Assembly: GCA_045863235.1 (NCBI GenBank)
Contig: BTUM01000002.1
Span: 160,001-224,000 of the forward strand
Origin: Candidatus Xenobia bacterium
GTDB taxonomy: Bacteria; Vulcanimicrobiota; Xenobia; Xenobiales; QWHO01
Length of the DNA: 64,000 nucleotides
Reading direction: 5' to 3'
Shown: positions 29,338-40,906 of the stretch, piece after piece
Position numbering within the stretch: position 1 is the stretch's first letter
Layout of the letters: each line of letters starts with the position of its first letter
Program-made: the position numbers and the translations under genes
Notes under the pieces: model-generated
Databases searched by the model: none
What the model saw: only the letters and a program-made list of their open reading frames with translations
Told to the model about the DNA's origin: nothing

Positions 29338-30186
29338 CTACAGAGCATCGGGCACCCTCTGAGGTCGAAGATAGATGACGTGCGGTTTGGTATCAAACAA
29401 CTCGTCGAGCACCTTGTAGGAACGGGATGCGTTCTCGTGCAGCACGACGTTCACCGCCGAGTGCGGGTCGTTCATGTCGCCAAAGGTGATGGCTGAGGTG
29501 GGGCAGGCCTGCGCGCAGGCCGAACGCAGCTCGCCGTCCTGCACCGGATTCCCGGCCACCTTGGCGTCGAGAAAACTGCGCCGGATGCGCTGCACGCAGA
29601 AGGTGCACTTCTCCATCACGCCCTCGCTGCGCACGCTCACGTCCGGGTTGAGCATCTGCTCCATGGGGGCGTCCCACTTGGGCGTGAAAAAGTTGAAGAT
29701 TCGCACGCGATAAGGGCAGTTGTTGGCGCACACGCGGGTTCCCACGCAACGGTTGTAGACCTGCGCGTTCAGGCCGTCATTGGTGTGCACGGCCGCAAAC
29801 ACCGGGCAAACCGATTCGCAGGGGGCGGTGCCGCACTGCTGGCACAACATCGGCACGAAGGTCGCTACCACGTTGGGGTAACCGTCGCCCGAGTAAGCGT
29901 CCTGCTGGATGTGCTTCTCGGTCTCTTCCTGATCGCTGGCCAAGCGGCCCGTGCTGGTCTTGTGGTGGAACTCATCTTGCCAGAAGCGGTCCACCCGCAT
30001 CCAGTCCATCAGACGACCCATGGCGATCTGGTCGGCCCCGATGGTTTGAATGTTGTTCTCGGCCCGGCAGGCGATCACGCAGGCTTTGCAGCCTGTGCAT
30101 CGGTCGGTGTCGATCACCATGCCCCACTGGTAGGTGCCGACGGTCTGGATGCTCGTTTGCAGGGTATTTTTGGGTTCCTCGGCCAT
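29338..30186 (-). CDS. ACIII ActB2 / QrcC-like Fe-S subunit
   Basis: CTGCKACVIAC, CQQC...CESVCP, RCVGTRVCANNCPY and EKCTFCVQR. Confidence 0.92.
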   Translation of the reverse strand: MAEEPKNTLQTSIQTVGTYQWGMVIDTDRCTGCKACVIACRAENNIQTIGADQIAMGRLMDWMRVDRFWQDEFHHKTSTGRLASDQEETEKHIQQDAYSGDGYPNVVATFVPMLCQQCGTAPCESVCPVFAAVHTNDGLNAQVYNRCVGTRVCANNCPYRVRIFNFFTPKWDAPMEQMLNPDVSVRSEGVMEKCTFCVQRIRRSFLDAKVAGNPVQDGELRSACAQACPTSAITFGDMNDPHSAVNVVLHENASRSYKVLDELFDTKPHVIYLRPQRVPDAL

Positions 30187-30195
30187 CGATTCTCC

Positions 30196-32334
30196 TCAGT
30201 GCGGCAGAGTAGCCTTCTCGAGACCCATGATCCGGCGGTCAAAGGTCGCGATGAACTGGCTCTTCTTGGTATTGGTCACGGTCACCTGAGTGGAAGCCCA
30301 GGGATTGGCGGGAGTGCCGAGCAAAGCCGACATCGGGTTCATCGGCTTCACGACGTCGTCGGTATAGCGGCCATAGGCGCCCTCGGCGTGGCCGTTGCCG
30401 GCCGGAATCGCGATAGCGTCGACATGCACAGCCTGAGTGGGGAAAGCCGGACCGACCAGCTTGGCGCCCCCCTCACCGGTGATCTCGAGCAGGTCGCCTC
30501 GCTTCACCTTCAGGCTCTGGCCCAGCTCCCCGAAGGGGTTGATCTCGATCCAGCTGGCCCAGGCCACCGTGGTGAGAGGGTCAGGCAACTCCTGCATCCA
30601 GGGGACGTTTGCCCGCTGGCCATCGCCGAAGTTCACGGAGGAGCTGGCGATCAGCGTGGCTTTGCCCTGGGCCCGCGGATTGGGCTCGCTGAGGGCGCCC
30701 GCGGCGGCCGCCTCCAGACGACCCCAGGCGCTGACGCCAGAGGGCACCTCGCCGCCCGGGCTCTTCGCCGGAGACGGAGGCATGGCCACCTCGTGGTGGT
30801 AGCGGTCAAAGCTGGTATTGGCTTTGGACCACAGCCCTCCCCGGGCCACGGCGGCGTCAAAACGCGTGCCCAGAACCTGGGCCAGGACGTCACGGAAGGT
30901 CAGGGCGCGAGCGGGAATGGGTAGCTTGATTCCGGCCGCCCGAGCCGAGGTGATGAGCGCATCGCAGACCGAGCGCGTGTCCGAACGCGGCTTCACGACC
31001 GGCTGGCTGAGGTTGTAGACCTGACCGAAGGGAGCGTCCACCAGGCAGTCGCCCCACTCCTCCATCCAGTTGCGGCTGGGAAGGGTCACGTCGCACAGCG
31101 CGGTGGTCTCGTTGGCAAAGCACGAGAAGGCGATCTTGGTCTTGACGTTCTTGAGCTTTTCGGCAAACTTCAGGCTCGCGGGCAGCATGTAGACAGGGTT
31201 GCAGTCGAACACCCAGACGCTGCTCCAGCTCCCCTGGTCGAAGCCCTCCAGAGCCTCGCGGGTGGACAACACCACGCCCGGATCGGGCTGCATCTCTCCC
31301 AGCGTGGGCAAGAGATCGGTCTCGCAGGTGGCGATGGTGCCCGAAACCAGCTTGCTCAATGAGTGCATGGCGGCCAGGCTGGCTGCATCGAAGGAGTTGT
31401 CGGGACCCGCGATGACCAGGGGCTTGCGCGCCCCGGCCAGACGCTTGGCCAGCCGCTCGATCAGGTCCTTGGGGCAACCGCTCAGCTCACTGGCCTTCTC
31501 AGCGGTGGCATTGGCGTAAATCGATGGCCAACCGGAGCGGCTGGCCCCGATCAGATTGCCCAAGGCGGCCGCCACCCAGCCTTCGCTCCCCGGTCGCACC
31601 GGGAGCCACCGGTCGGCGTTGGAGCAGCTGAGGTTCATGCGCGAGGAGACGGAAACCATCACCCCGCGGTTGCGATTCAGCCCCTGCCGGAACTGACCGT
31701 AGAGGTGGCTGTAGTGGATGGCCAGCGGGCCCTCGACCAGGAAGTCGCGGCCAAAGTTGACCACGTAGTCGGCCTGGTCGAGCGGGTAGTAAGGCAGCTC
31801 GGCCTTACCGGTCAGCGTCTTGATGACGCCCCGCTCGGTCTCGCTGGAGGGGAATTGAAGCACCCAGACCCGGGCACCGATGGCCTTGGCCACGGCCAGA
31901 ATCAGCGTGCCGCGCGAGCCCTGGAGACGATCCACGATGAACAACCCGCCGTTGCCGCCGGTCAGAGCGGCCTTGAGCGGGTCCTGGGCCACATCCCAGG
32001 TGATCGACTTGCCGGCCTGTTGGGGCTGCAACAGGCGGTCCGGGTGATAGTGCACGGGGATCGCTGTCTGGACCTCGGCCGAGAGCTTGCCCAGGTTGAC
32101 GGGATGACCCGGCAGGCCTTCCATCTTGATGGCCCGGCCCTCGACGCACTTGACCGCGATGCCGTCAGGCCCGCGCGAGGTGGCGAAGTAGACCGGCTGG
32201 CCCGGGAGCAGATACTCCGGCATCGGGTACTGCGACAGGAGGCCGTGCTCAACCGGCCGCCCGCACCCCGAGAGGGCCACGCAGGCGCCGGTTACGAAAC
32301 TGTAGCGGAGAAAATCGCGTCGGGTGAAGTTCAA
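30196..32334 (-). CDS. ACIII ActB1 / QrcB-like molybdopterin-oxidoreductase-fold subunit (Tat lipoprotein)
   Basis: TRRDFL Tat motif, LSGC lipobox, EGRAIKMEG, YHPDRL and QELPDPLT. Confidence 0.88.
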   Translation of the reverse strand: MNFTRRDFLRYSFVTGACVALSGCGRPVEHGLLSQYPMPEYLLPGQPVYFATSRGPDGIAVKCVEGRAIKMEGLPGHPVNLGKLSAEVQTAIPVHYHPDRLLQPQQAGKSITWDVAQDPLKAALTGGNGGLFIVDRLQGSRGTLILAVAKAIGARVWVLQFPSSETERGVIKTLTGKAELPYYPLDQADYVVNFGRDFLVEGPLAIHYSHLYGQFRQGLNRNRGVMVSVSSRMNLSCSNADRWLPVRPGSEGWVAAALGNLIGASRSGWPSIYANATAEKASELSGCPKDLIERLAKRLAGARKPLVIAGPDNSFDAASLAAMHSLSKLVSGTIATCETDLLPTLGEMQPDPGVVLSTREALEGFDQGSWSSVWVFDCNPVYMLPASLKFAEKLKNVKTKIAFSCFANETTALCDVTLPSRNWMEEWGDCLVDAPFGQVYNLSQPVVKPRSDTRSVCDALITSARAAGIKLPIPARALTFRDVLAQVLGTRFDAAVARGGLWSKANTSFDRYHHEVAMPPSPAKSPGGEVPSGVSAWGRLEAAAAGALSEPNPRAQGKATLIASSSVNFGDGQRANVPWMQELPDPLTTVAWASWIEINPFGELGQSLKVKRGDLLEITGEGGAKLVGPAFPTQAVHVDAIAIPAGNGHAEGAYGRYTDDVVKPMNPMSALLGTPANPWASTQVTVTNTKKSQFIATFDRRIMGLEKATLPH

Positions 32335-32346
32335 GTCGGCCTCCAG

Positions 32347-32934
32347 TTACCGATGGCAGGTGGTGCAGTCGGTGGGAGCGTTGTTCTGGCGATGGCAGGT
32401 CACGCACCAACCCATGGTCATCTTGTATTCAAGCTGAATGGTGGCCTGGTTCTCCACGTTGCCGTGGCACTGGGCGCACTCGATCTTCTGGCCGTTGGCC
32501 AGCTTGGCGTTCATGTGAGCCTTGTGGGCAAACTTCACGTGCTCGGGCATATCGTAGTACTTGAACCACGGAATGGCCTGTTTGCCGTTGATGTACTTCT
32601 TCAGCACCTCGACTTCGCTGCGCCACCTGGCGTCCACGTCGGGCTGACCCTCCGCGGGCTTTTTGTAGGGGTTGTAGTCGGCAAAGTTCTGGTGACAGTT
32701 GGCACAGTCTTGCACCGAGGGAACACCGGCCGAATAGCCGTCCTGGGTGCCACGATGGCAGTAGACGCAAGCGATCTGGCGCTTGCCCGCGTGCAACTGG
32801 TGGTTGAAGGCGATGGGCTGAGGCTTGGAGCGCCAGTTGTATTCGTTGACGCCAAGCATTAAAAGCGGGATCACGATTATCGCAATCAGTCCGCCGTACT
32901 GCAGGCGTTTGACGAGAAGTTCCTCAGGCGCCAT
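32347..32934 (-). CDS. actA: ACIII ActA pentaheme cytochrome c
   Basis: QPIAFNH; five CxxCH motifs (CVYCH, CANCH, CAQCH, CVTCH, CTTCH); TMGWC. Confidence 0.92.
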   Translation of the reverse strand: MAPEELLVKRLQYGGLIAIIVIPLLMLGVNEYNWRSKPQPIAFNHQLHAGKRQIACVYCHRGTQDGYSAGVPSVQDCANCHQNFADYNPYKKPAEGQPDVDARWRSEVEVLKKYINGKQAIPWFKYYDMPEHVKFAHKAHMNAKLANGQKIECAQCHGNVENQATIQLEYKMTMGWCVTCHRQNNAPTDCTTCHR

Positions 32935-33187
32935 CTGCTCTCACCCATCTCCGGAAGGCTGCAATCCCCCGTACAGTCCCGGTTTTTCCACTTCGTGAAA
33001 TTTTTCTCTAAGTCGAGCGTTTCCGAAGGTTGAAAGAAAAATCCTGCCGATGGAATGTTAAAAGAGCGTGAATCAGGGATTTCCCCGACCCGAAAGAGAC
33101 TTGCGGGGCCAGGCTCTGCTTGAGAATTCTTCTTGCTTCAGGCTCGGCTCAGGATCAGCGGCCGCGCAAAGTCTGAAGGTGGGTGCC

Positions 33188-34555
33188 TCAGAGGTTGAGA
33201 GTTCTTCCCTCGACCGCCAGCGCCGCTTCCTTCACGACCTCGGCCAGGGTGGGATGGGCGTGACAGACCCGGGCCAGGTCTTCCGAGGTAGCCCCGAACT
33301 CCATGGCGGCGGTGACCTCGGCGATCAGCTCGCCGGCCCGCGGGCCCAGGATGTGGGCCCCCAGCAGGCGATCGGTCAGGCTGTGGGCCAGCAGCTTGGC
33401 TTCTCCCTCCGTAGTACCCAGAGCGCGGGCTCTGCCATTGGCCATGAATGGGAAGCGACCGACCTTGAAGGGGACCCCCTCGGCCTCCAGCTCCTCCTGC
33501 GTCTTGCCCACCCAGGCCAGCTCGGGCTCGATGTAGACCACCCCTGGAATGGCGTTATAGCTCACGTGTCCGTAGCCGGTGACGAGCCGCTCGACGCAGG
33601 CCACGGCCTCCTCCTCGGCTTTGTGGGCCAGCATGGGGCCGCCAATCACATCACCGACCGCGTAGATGCCGGGGGCGGTCGTCTGCCAGTTGGAATCGAC
33701 CGTGATGAAGCCGCGCCGGTCGGTGGACACTCCGGCGGCCTCCAGCCCCAACCCTTCGGTGTTGGGGCGACGGCCCACGGCCAGCAAGACCCGGTCGCAG
33801 CGGATCGGCATGGTCCCCTCGGCCTCCACGACCGCTCCCTTGCCCTCGGCCCGAGCCCCCGTCACGCGCACGCCGAGGTGGAACTCGAGGCCCTGCTTCT
33901 CGAGCAGGCGCTGGGCTTTGACAGCCAGGTCGGCGTCGGCCCCCGGCAGGATGCGTTCGAGATACTCCAGCACCGTCACGCGCGAGCCCAGCCGGGCCCA
34001 AACCGAGCCAAGCTCCAGGCCGATCACGCCGGCTCCGATCACCACCAGGTGACCGGGCGGCTCGGGATACTCCAGAGCCTCGGTGCTGGTGCCGATCGGG
34101 CCGCCCAGCTCGACGCCTTTGAGCGGCGAGGAGAGGCTGCCGGTGGCCAGCAGCACGGTGTCGGCGGCCAGCTCCTCCTCCCCCACCCGCACGCGGCCGG
34201 GACCGGCCAGGCTGCCGCGACCGAGCTTGCGCTCGATCTTGTGCTTCTTGAAGAGGGCTTCCACGCCTCCAGCCAGCGTGTCCACGATTTTGCGCTTGCG
34301 GGCCATCATCGTCTCGAGGTCGAGCTCCACCCCGGAGAGCCTGAGACCGTGCAGGGCCATCTCGCCCTGAGCCCGGGCAAAGAGCTCGCTCGACTCGAGC
34401 AAAGCCTTGCTGGGAATGCAGCCGACCCGAAGGCAGGTTCCGCCCAGCTTCTTCTCCTGCTCGACGACGGCCACCTTGAGCCCGAGCTGAGCGGCGCGGA
34501 TGGCGCCGATGTATCCGCCGGGGCCCGCCCCGATAACGACCAGGTCGTAGCTCAT
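33188..34555 (-). CDS. lpdA: Dihydrolipoamide dehydrogenase (E3)
   Basis: [19 protein letters not shown] and HAHPTLAE. Confidence 0.97.
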   Translation of the reverse strand: MSYDLVVIGAGPGGYIGAIRAAQLGLKVAVVEQEKKLGGTCLRVGCIPSKALLESSELFARAQGEMALHGLRLSGVELDLETMMARKRKIVDTLAGGVEALFKKHKIERKLGRGSLAGPGRVRVGEEELAADTVLLATGSLSSPLKGVELGGPIGTSTEALEYPEPPGHLVVIGAGVIGLELGSVWARLGSRVTVLEYLERILPGADADLAVKAQRLLEKQGLEFHLGVRVTGARAEGKGAVVEAEGTMPIRCDRVLLAVGRRPNTEGLGLEAAGVSTDRRGFITVDSNWQTTAPGIYAVGDVIGGPMLAHKAEEEAVACVERLVTGYGHVSYNAIPGVVYIEPELAWVGKTQEELEAEGVPFKVGRFPFMANGRARALGTTEGEAKLLAHSLTDRLLGAHILGPRAGELIAEVTAAMEFGATSEDLARVCHAHPTLAEVVKEAALAVEGRTLNL

Positions 34556-35712
34556 ACCTCGATCAAGAGGCGCGCCGGCTCTTCCAGGCAGTCCTTGATG
34601 CGGATCAGGAACGAGACCGCTTCGCGCCCATCCACCAGCCGGTGGTCATAGGTCAGCGCCAGATACATCATGGGGCGCACCACCACCTGACCCTGGAGGG
34701 CGATGGGACGCTCCTGGATCTTGTGCATACCCAGCACGCCGCTCTGGGGCGGGTTGACGATGGGAGTGGAAAGGAGCGAGCCGTAGACCCCGCCGTTGGA
34801 AATGGTGAACGTCCCGCCCTGCAGCTCCTCGAGCTTGAGCTTGCCCTCCCTGGCGCGAACTGCAAAATCGGCGATGCTCTGCTCGACCTGAGCAAAGCTG
34901 AGTTGCTCGGCGTTGCGCAGCACCGGCACCACCAGCCCCTTGCCCCCGCCCACGGCCACGCCGATGTCGTAATAGTTGCGATAGACGATATCCGTCCCGC
35001 GGATCTCGGCGTTGATGGCCGGGAAGGCCTTGAGAGCCTCGATGCTGGCTTTGACGAAGAAGGACATGAAGCCAAGCTTGATGCCGTACTTGCGGGTAAA
35101 GGCCTCCTGGTGGCGCGAGCGCAGATCCATCACGGCGCTCATATCCACCTCGTTGAACGTGGTCAGCAGGGCGGCCGTCTGCTGGGCCTCTACCAGTCGG
35201 GCCGCCACGGTCTTGCGCAGCGGGGTCATGGGGACGGACTCTTCCTGGCGCGGGCCAGTCGCAAGAGCCGGGGGTGCGGCCTGAGCTTTCGAAGGCGGAG
35301 GTGTTGCGGGAGTCGCCGCGGCGCGCTGGACATCTTCCTTCAAGACGCGCCCGCCCGGGCCGGTGGCCTGCACCTGCTCTGCCCTCAAGCCGCTCTCGGC
35401 CAGGGCTCGCTGGGCGGCCGGCATGACCCGAGGCTCCTCCACCGTCTTCTCGGCCTTCTGGGCCGGCTTGTGGGCGCTCTCGTCCACCAGGCCGAGCACC
35501 TCGCCGATGCTGGCCGTGTCACCTGGCTTCTTCAACACCTGCACCACGCGCCCGGCTACCGGGGCAAAGACCTCCATGTTGGCCTTGTCGGTCTCGAGCA
35601 CCACGATGGCCTCGTCGCGCTCGACCCAGGCCCCCTCGCTCTTGAGCCACTGGCCCACGACCACGTGGCTGACCGACTCGCCCACCGCCGGAACAATCAA
35701 TTCGACGCTCAT
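34552..35712 (-). CDS. sucB: 2-oxoglutarate dehydrogenase E2 succinyltransferase
   Basis: ETDKA lipoyl motif, LTTFNEVDM and YDHRLVDG. Confidence 0.97.
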   Translation of the reverse strand: MSVELIVPAVGESVSHVVVGQWLKSEGAWVERDEAIVVLETDKANMEVFAPVAGRVVQVLKKPGDTASIGEVLGLVDESAHKPAQKAEKTVEEPRVMPAAQRALAESGLRAEQVQATGPGGRVLKEDVQRAAATPATPPPSKAQAAPPALATGPRQEESVPMTPLRKTVAARLVEAQQTAALLTTFNEVDMSAVMDLRSRHQEAFTRKYGIKLGFMSFFVKASIEALKAFPAINAEIRGTDIVYRNYYDIGVAVGGGKGLVVPVLRNAEQLSFAQVEQSIADFAVRAREGKLKLEELQGGTFTISNGGVYGSLLSTPIVNPPQSGVLGMHKIQERPIALQGQVVVRPMMYLALTYDHRLVDGREAVSFLIRIKDCLEEPARLLIEV

Positions 35713-35752
35713 GAATCGTCCTGTGCGAGGCGCGCCGCCCGGTTCCTTCCGG

Positions 35753-38518
35753 TCAGGTGAGCGCCATGGTGAAGGCCTGCTCGATCAGCCATTCCTGCTC
35801 GATGCGGTGGCTTTCGTGCGAGCCCGTGGCCGGGCTGGCCGACTCGGGCCGCGACAGGGTGTGGAACGAGTGTCCCACGACTTTGTCGGCGGCGCGCACC
35901 TTCAAGAAAGTAGCCGCGCCCATGTTCTCGGGCTCTTCCTGGACCCACAACACCGGGGCGGTGCGGGGATAGCCGGCCAGAGCCTGGCGCAGCGGGCCCT
36001 CAGGGAACGGATAGTACTGCTCGAGGCGCAGGATGGCGACGTCATTCGCCCCCCGGGCCTTGCGAGCGTGCTCGAGCTCATAGTAGAGCTTGCCCGAGCA
36101 GAGCAAGATGCGATTAACGGTCTCCGGGTCCACTTTGCTGCGGTCGGGCATCACCCTCTGGAAGGTGCCCGAAGTCAGCTCTTCCAGGCTCGAGCTACAT
36201 TCGCTATGGCGCAGCAGGCTCTTGGGTGACATGACGACCAGAGGCTTGCGCCAGGGTCGCAGCACCTGGCGGCGCAGGCAGTGGAAGTACTGAGCCGGTG
36301 TGGTCAGGTTGACGACCTGGATGTTGTCCTCGGCCGCCAGGGTCAAGAAGCGCTCGAGCCGGGCGCTGGAGTGCTCGGGCCCCTGGCCTTCGAAGCCGTG
36401 AGGAAGCAGCATGACCAGACCGTTGAGACGATGCCACTTGTCCTCGGAGCTGACCAGGAACTGGTCGATGATGACCTGGGCCACATTGCAGAAATCCCCG
36501 AACTGAGCCTCCCACAGCACGAGCGCTTCAGGATCGTCGAGGCAAACGCCGTACTCGAAGGCCAGCACCGCCGTCTCGGTGAGGGGGCTGTCCCAGACCT
36601 GAAAGCGGGCCTGATCAGGCGCCAGGTGCTGCAGGGGAACGTAAGGCTCGCCTGTGCGGGCGTCATAGAGGATGGCGTGGCGATGACTGAAGGTGCCCCG
36701 CCCCACGTCCTGGCCGCTGAGGCGCACGGGAGCCCCTTCGGTGAGCAGGGTGGCGAAAGCCAGGGCCTCAGCCGTCCCCCAGTCCAGAGGCCTCTTGCCC
36801 TCGGCCATCTCCAGGCGGCTGTGCACCAGTAGCTTGGGGATCTTCTCGTGGGGCGTGAAGCTCGCAGGCAGCTCCACCATCTTGCCAAGCAGCGCTTGCA
36901 GGCGCTCTCTGGGAACGGATGTGGGCACCTCGGGCACTGCCGCGTCGGGCCCGCCGCGATAGTGCGACCAGGCCCCCCGGGCCAGGTGGAACTGGTAGTC
37001 GAAGTTCGGGTCGCGCGACTTGTTGAGCTCGGCCTCCAGGTGCTCGAGCCGGCGCACCGCGATCTCGTCAGCTTCTTCGCGGGTGACCTCGCCGAGCTTG
37101 AGCAAGCTCTCGAGATAGCCCTCGCGCACCGACTTTCGCTGGCGCACGTTCTGGTAGAGCAGGGGCTGGGTGAAGGTTGGATCGTCTCCTTCGTTGTGGC
37201 CGTGTCGCCGATAACAGTACATGTCGATGACCACGTCCTTGTGGAAGCGCTCGCGGAAGTCCATGGCCAGGTGGATGGCCTGAGCCACTGCCTCGGGATG
37301 CTCGCCGTTCACGTGCAGAATCGGGATCTGCAGCATCTTGGCCACGTCGGAAGGGTAGGTCGAGCTGCGCGACTGGCCGGGCGAGGTGGTGAAGCCGATC
37401 TGGTTGTTGACGATGACGTGCAGCGTGCCCCCGACCCGGTAGCCAGGTATCTCGCTCATGTTGAGCTGCTCCTGCACCACCCCCTGGCCGGCAAAAGCGG
37501 CATCGCCGTGAATGACCAGCCCCATCACCTTGAAGCGATCCGAGCGGCGATCCTGACGAGCGCGCACGCGACCGAGCACGACCGGACCGACGAACTCGAG
37601 GTGGCTGGGGTTGAAGCACAGCTCCAGGCGGAGCTTCTTGCCCTCTGAGGTGGTCCAGGTGCTGGCGTAGCCCTGGTGATACTTGACATCGCCCCGTCCG
37701 AAGTGGATGCCCGGATCCTTGTCCACGAACTCGCGGAAGATCTGGCCGGCGTCCTTTTGCATGATGTTGGCCAGCACGTTGATGCGACCTCGGTGGGCCA
37801 TCCCGATGACCACCTCGTCGACTCCATGGTTGCCGGCGTCCTCGAGCATCAGGTCGAGCAGGGGGATGAGCGACTCGCCGCCCTCCAGGCTGAAGCGCTT
37901 GGCCCCCACGAACTTCTTTTGCAGAAAGCTTTCAAAGAGCTCTGCGTCGGTGAGGCGGGTGAGAATGCGCAGCTGCTCCTCGCGCGGGATGACCCGCCGA
38001 TTCTCGCTCGACTCCATGCGCTCTTGCAGCCAGAACTTCACGGTCGGGTCGTCGATGTGCATGAACTGCACCCCGATCGAGCGACAATAGGTGTTGTGCA
38101 GGCGCGAGAGGATCTCGTGGAGCGGGTGCAGTCCCTCGAAGCCCAGCGCCTTGCAGGCAAAACGCACGTTCAGGTCGGCCTCGGAAAGGCCGTAGTGCTC
38201 GAGCTGCAGCTCCGGGAAGGGCTCTGGCTCGCCGCCCAGAGGATCGAGCTGGGCGATGCGATGGCCGCGCACTCGGAAAGCGCGAATCAGCTGGTCCACC
38301 ATCTCCTGCTTGACGCAGTCTGCAACTCCGCCGGCAGCCCCGTTGGAGGGAGGAGCGTGAAAGATGCTGGCGGGCCGGAAGCTGGGGCCCACTCGAGCTC
38401 CGTTCACGGTGCGCGCGAAGTACTCGCGCCACTCGGGCTCGACGGTACCCGGGTCGGCCAGGTAGCGCTCGAGTTGCTCTTCCACGAAGGCCAGATTGGA
38501 GGGATTCAGCTCGCTCAT
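35753..38518 (-). CDS. sucA: 2-oxoglutarate dehydrogenase E1
   Basis: [30 protein letters not shown] and GPEHSSAR. Confidence 0.97.
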   Translation of the reverse strand: MSELNPSNLAFVEEQLERYLADPGTVEPEWREYFARTVNGARVGPSFRPASIFHAPPSNGAAGGVADCVKQEMVDQLIRAFRVRGHRIAQLDPLGGEPEPFPELQLEHYGLSEADLNVRFACKALGFEGLHPLHEILSRLHNTYCRSIGVQFMHIDDPTVKFWLQERMESSENRRVIPREEQLRILTRLTDAELFESFLQKKFVGAKRFSLEGGESLIPLLDLMLEDAGNHGVDEVVIGMAHRGRINVLANIMQKDAGQIFREFVDKDPGIHFGRGDVKYHQGYASTWTTSEGKKLRLELCFNPSHLEFVGPVVLGRVRARQDRRSDRFKVMGLVIHGDAAFAGQGVVQEQLNMSEIPGYRVGGTLHVIVNNQIGFTTSPGQSRSSTYPSDVAKMLQIPILHVNGEHPEAVAQAIHLAMDFRERFHKDVVIDMYCYRRHGHNEGDDPTFTQPLLYQNVRQRKSVREGYLESLLKLGEVTREEADEIAVRRLEHLEAELNKSRDPNFDYQFHLARGAWSHYRGGPDAAVPEVPTSVPRERLQALLGKMVELPASFTPHEKIPKLLVHSRLEMAEGKRPLDWGTAEALAFATLLTEGAPVRLSGQDVGRGTFSHRHAILYDARTGEPYVPLQHLAPDQARFQVWDSPLTETAVLAFEYGVCLDDPEALVLWEAQFGDFCNVAQVIIDQFLVSSEDKWHRLNGLVMLLPHGFEGQGPEHSSARLERFLTLAAEDNIQVVNLTTPAQYFHCLRRQVLRPWRKPLVVMSPKSLLRHSECSSSLEELTSGTFQRVMPDRSKVDPETVNRILLCSGKLYYELEHARKARGANDVAILRLEQYYPFPEGPLRQALAGYPRTAPVLWVQEEPENMGAATFLKVRAADKVVGHSFHTLSRPESASPATGSHESHRIEQEWLIEQAFTMALT

Positions 38519-38625
38519 CCTCAGGACTTATCGGCGAAGGCCCGTTCTCCTCCGGGACAAACGTCCTGCTGCCTGGTGTCCGAGAGGGGGAGCAAGGAAG
38601 ATCGCGAACAGCCTGGCCGTCCACG

Positions 38626-39318
38626 ATGCCCAGTCTGCCAGTGCCCATCCCTCGTCCAACACGCCAGTGGCCCTACGCTACGCTTCTCTTCGCTTTGTTG
38701 TTCCTGACCCTGGGAAGAGCCCTGATGCCAGCCGAGCTCGCTTACGACTCGACCCTGCGCCGGGTTGCGCTGATCGTGACCCTGGCTGCTTGCGTCTGGG
38801 CGATCAGTCCCGACCGCCGCCATCTCCTCATGGCTGGTCTGCTCTCCCTGGCCCCCATCTCGGCGCAGTTTTTCCCCAGCAACTGGAGTCAGGGACAACT
38901 CTGGATCAGCGGAGCTTTCTTTCTCTATGTCACGCTCTTGATCTTGAGCAACGTCTTCTCGGCTTCTGAGATCAATGCCGACAAGATCTTTGGGGCAACC
39001 TGCGCCTATCTGCTGGTGGGCCTGGTCTTCGCCCACATCTATCTGCTCATCGAGCTGACGCATCCGGGAACGTTCAAGCTCGACCCACAGATCAAAGACC
39101 CCCTCACGATTTTTGACGACCTGCTCTACTTCAGCATGGTCACCATGACCACGGTGGGTTATGGGGACATCGTCCCTTTGACCCGACCCGCCCGCTCGCT
39201 GGCCACCATGGAAGCTGTCTTCGGCCAGTTTTATATCGCCGTGCTGGTGGGTCGACTTCTGGGCCTGTACATGGAGTTCCACGGCATCACCTCCGGTCGC
39301 TCGGACCGGTCCAACTGA
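38626..39318 (+). CDS. Potassium channel family protein (Ion_trans_2)
   Basis: YFSMVTMTTVGYGDIVP selectivity filter; several TMs. Confidence 0.92.
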   Translation: MPSLPVPIPRPTRQWPYATLLFALLFLTLGRALMPAELAYDSTLRRVALIVTLAACVWAISPDRRHLLMAGLLSLAPISAQFFPSNWSQGQLWISGAFFLYVTLLILSNVFSASEINADKIFGATCAYLLVGLVFAHIYLLIELTHPGTFKLDPQIKDPLTIFDDLLYFSMVTMTTVGYGDIVPLTRPARSLATMEAVFGQFYIAVLVGRLLGLYMEFHGITSGRSDRSN

Positions 39319-39331
39319 AGGGAGCTACAAA

Positions 39332-40855
39332 GTGCGTCACCTCCTGGTCCTCTTCGGCATTCTGGTCTGCGCTGCAGCGGCCCAGAACTTCCACGACCCG
39401 AGGGTCTATCCCGAGTGGCCCACCACGCCCCCGCCCACCATAGCGCCGGGCGCGACGGCGCCCGACCCGGCCCGGATGGAAGGCCTGAAGAAGAGCTTCC
39501 CTTCCTACCAGGGCTGGAGCGTGGTGGTCTTCCCCTTCGCCCGGCTCAAGGCGGCCCGTGGCTATCCTCGCATGCTGCTCTCGCTCGGGCCGGCCGGGTT
39601 CACCCAGGTCGACCCGGTCAACCATCCCGAGCAGGTGGATACCTCTCAGGCCTACATCACCTTCTTCGACCAGGCCGGCCAGGTCTCGCTGGTGGGACAG
39701 GCCCAGGCAGGCAAGCGCATCACCGACCTGCATCCCGGTTGGAACCTGCTGGCGGTGCCCTCCAGCACACCCGTGGCGGTAGAGCACATCACCGTGACCG
39801 CTCCCGGTGGTCTCACCCGCACTCCGGGCGAGGCCGCCAGCGATTCCTGTCAGCCCGGCAACGCCTGGCTCTATGCCCTGGGGCTGGCCCGAGGAGCCGA
39901 AGGTCGGGTCAACATCGACCTTCGCCAGCCCCGCAGCCCGCTGGTGAAGCCCGGCACGGCCGCCCTCATCTACAGCTGGGGCGAGCTCGAGCTCAACTGG
40001 AACCTGGTGCCCCCCGCCACTGTGCCCAGGATCGCAGGCCTGTCCTCCAGCTCGCTGACCCCGGGACAGGTTCTCCAGGTCAAAGGAAGCGGTTTTGGCC
40101 AGCCGGGGCACGGAACGCTGACGCTGGGAGGACTGCCCGTGCCCCCCGACTCGGTGGTGGAGTGGAAGAGCGACCAGATTCGCTTCAAGGTTCCAGAGGG
40201 CGCCCGCAGCGGCAATCTGATGGTCATGGTCGATCGCTATCCCAGCAATCGAGTCGCCGTGACGGTCGCCCCGGGAGCCGGCCAGGCCACCAGCACGCTC
40301 ACCGGACGGGTGGAGAGCTCCGATCGACAGCCTCTTGGCGGCGCCCAGGTCCAGCTCGACAGCGGCTATCAGGCGACCACCTCGGCAGACGGCAGCTTTC
40401 AGGTCCAGGGCCTGCCTCCCGGCCCTCACGACGTCTTTGTCTCCAAAGTAGGCTACCGCTCCGGTAAGGGCAGCGTGCGGATGGCTCCGGGAGAGAGCCG
40501 CAACCTGCTCGTGTCGCTCTCGCCAGCCGGCGGCCAGGCGGTGCGCGCCGAGAAGAAGGCCAACTTCACGGTGCGGGGCTATCCCTACGACCTCGAGGGC
40601 GAGGGCGTGGACGGCCGCCACTACTGGGTCTACAAGATGGAGGTCTGGGAATACGGCACCAATGGCCGCAACTGGTCCCGCACCTGGGATACCGACGTGG
40701 GGAACTCTTACAACGAGCTGACCTGCGACGGGGCGCTGGTGGGCCGCTACTACTGCATGCGACTTTACTGGAAGAGCGGGCGTCGGGACCGGACCGCCCT
40801 GTGGACTCCCCAGTTGGACAATCCCGACCAGGTCTTCTACTACTACCATCCCTGA
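39332..40855 (+). CDS. Secreted protein with IPT/TIG and carboxypeptidase-regulatory-like Ig folds
   Basis: Signal peptide; GWNLL motif; PRI..LS...PGQVLQVKGSGFG (IPT/TIG); LTGRV...PLGGAQV...DGSF...LPPG. Confidence 0.75.
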   Translation: MRHLLVLFGILVCAAAAQNFHDPRVYPEWPTTPPPTIAPGATAPDPARMEGLKKSFPSYQGWSVVVFPFARLKAARGYPRMLLSLGPAGFTQVDPVNHPEQVDTSQAYITFFDQAGQVSLVGQAQAGKRITDLHPGWNLLAVPSSTPVAVEHITVTAPGGLTRTPGEAASDSCQPGNAWLYALGLARGAEGRVNIDLRQPRSPLVKPGTAALIYSWGELELNWNLVPPATVPRIAGLSSSSLTPGQVLQVKGSGFGQPGHGTLTLGGLPVPPDSVVEWKSDQIRFKVPEGARSGNLMVMVDRYPSNRVAVTVAPGAGQATSTLTGRVESSDRQPLGGAQVQLDSGYQATTSADGSFQVQGLPPGPHDVFVSKVGYRSGKGSVRMAPGESRNLLVSLSPAGGQAVRAEKKANFTVRGYPYDLEGEGVDGRHYWVYKMEVWEYGTNGRNWSRTWDTDVGNSYNELTCDGALVGRYYCMRLYWKSGRRDRTALWTPQLDNPDQVFYYYHP

Positions 40856-40906
40856 GGGCTCCCGGGAGGAACCCGGGCCAGGCAGGCAGTAAATCCGGCT
40901 CCAGCA

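Noticed and set aside
30196..32334. Catalytic molybdoenzyme (e.g. polysulfide or formate reductase)
   Set aside because: No N-terminal Fe-S Cys motif, and the context (pentaheme A, ActC, ActD-E) fits the non-catalytic ActB1/QrcB subunit.
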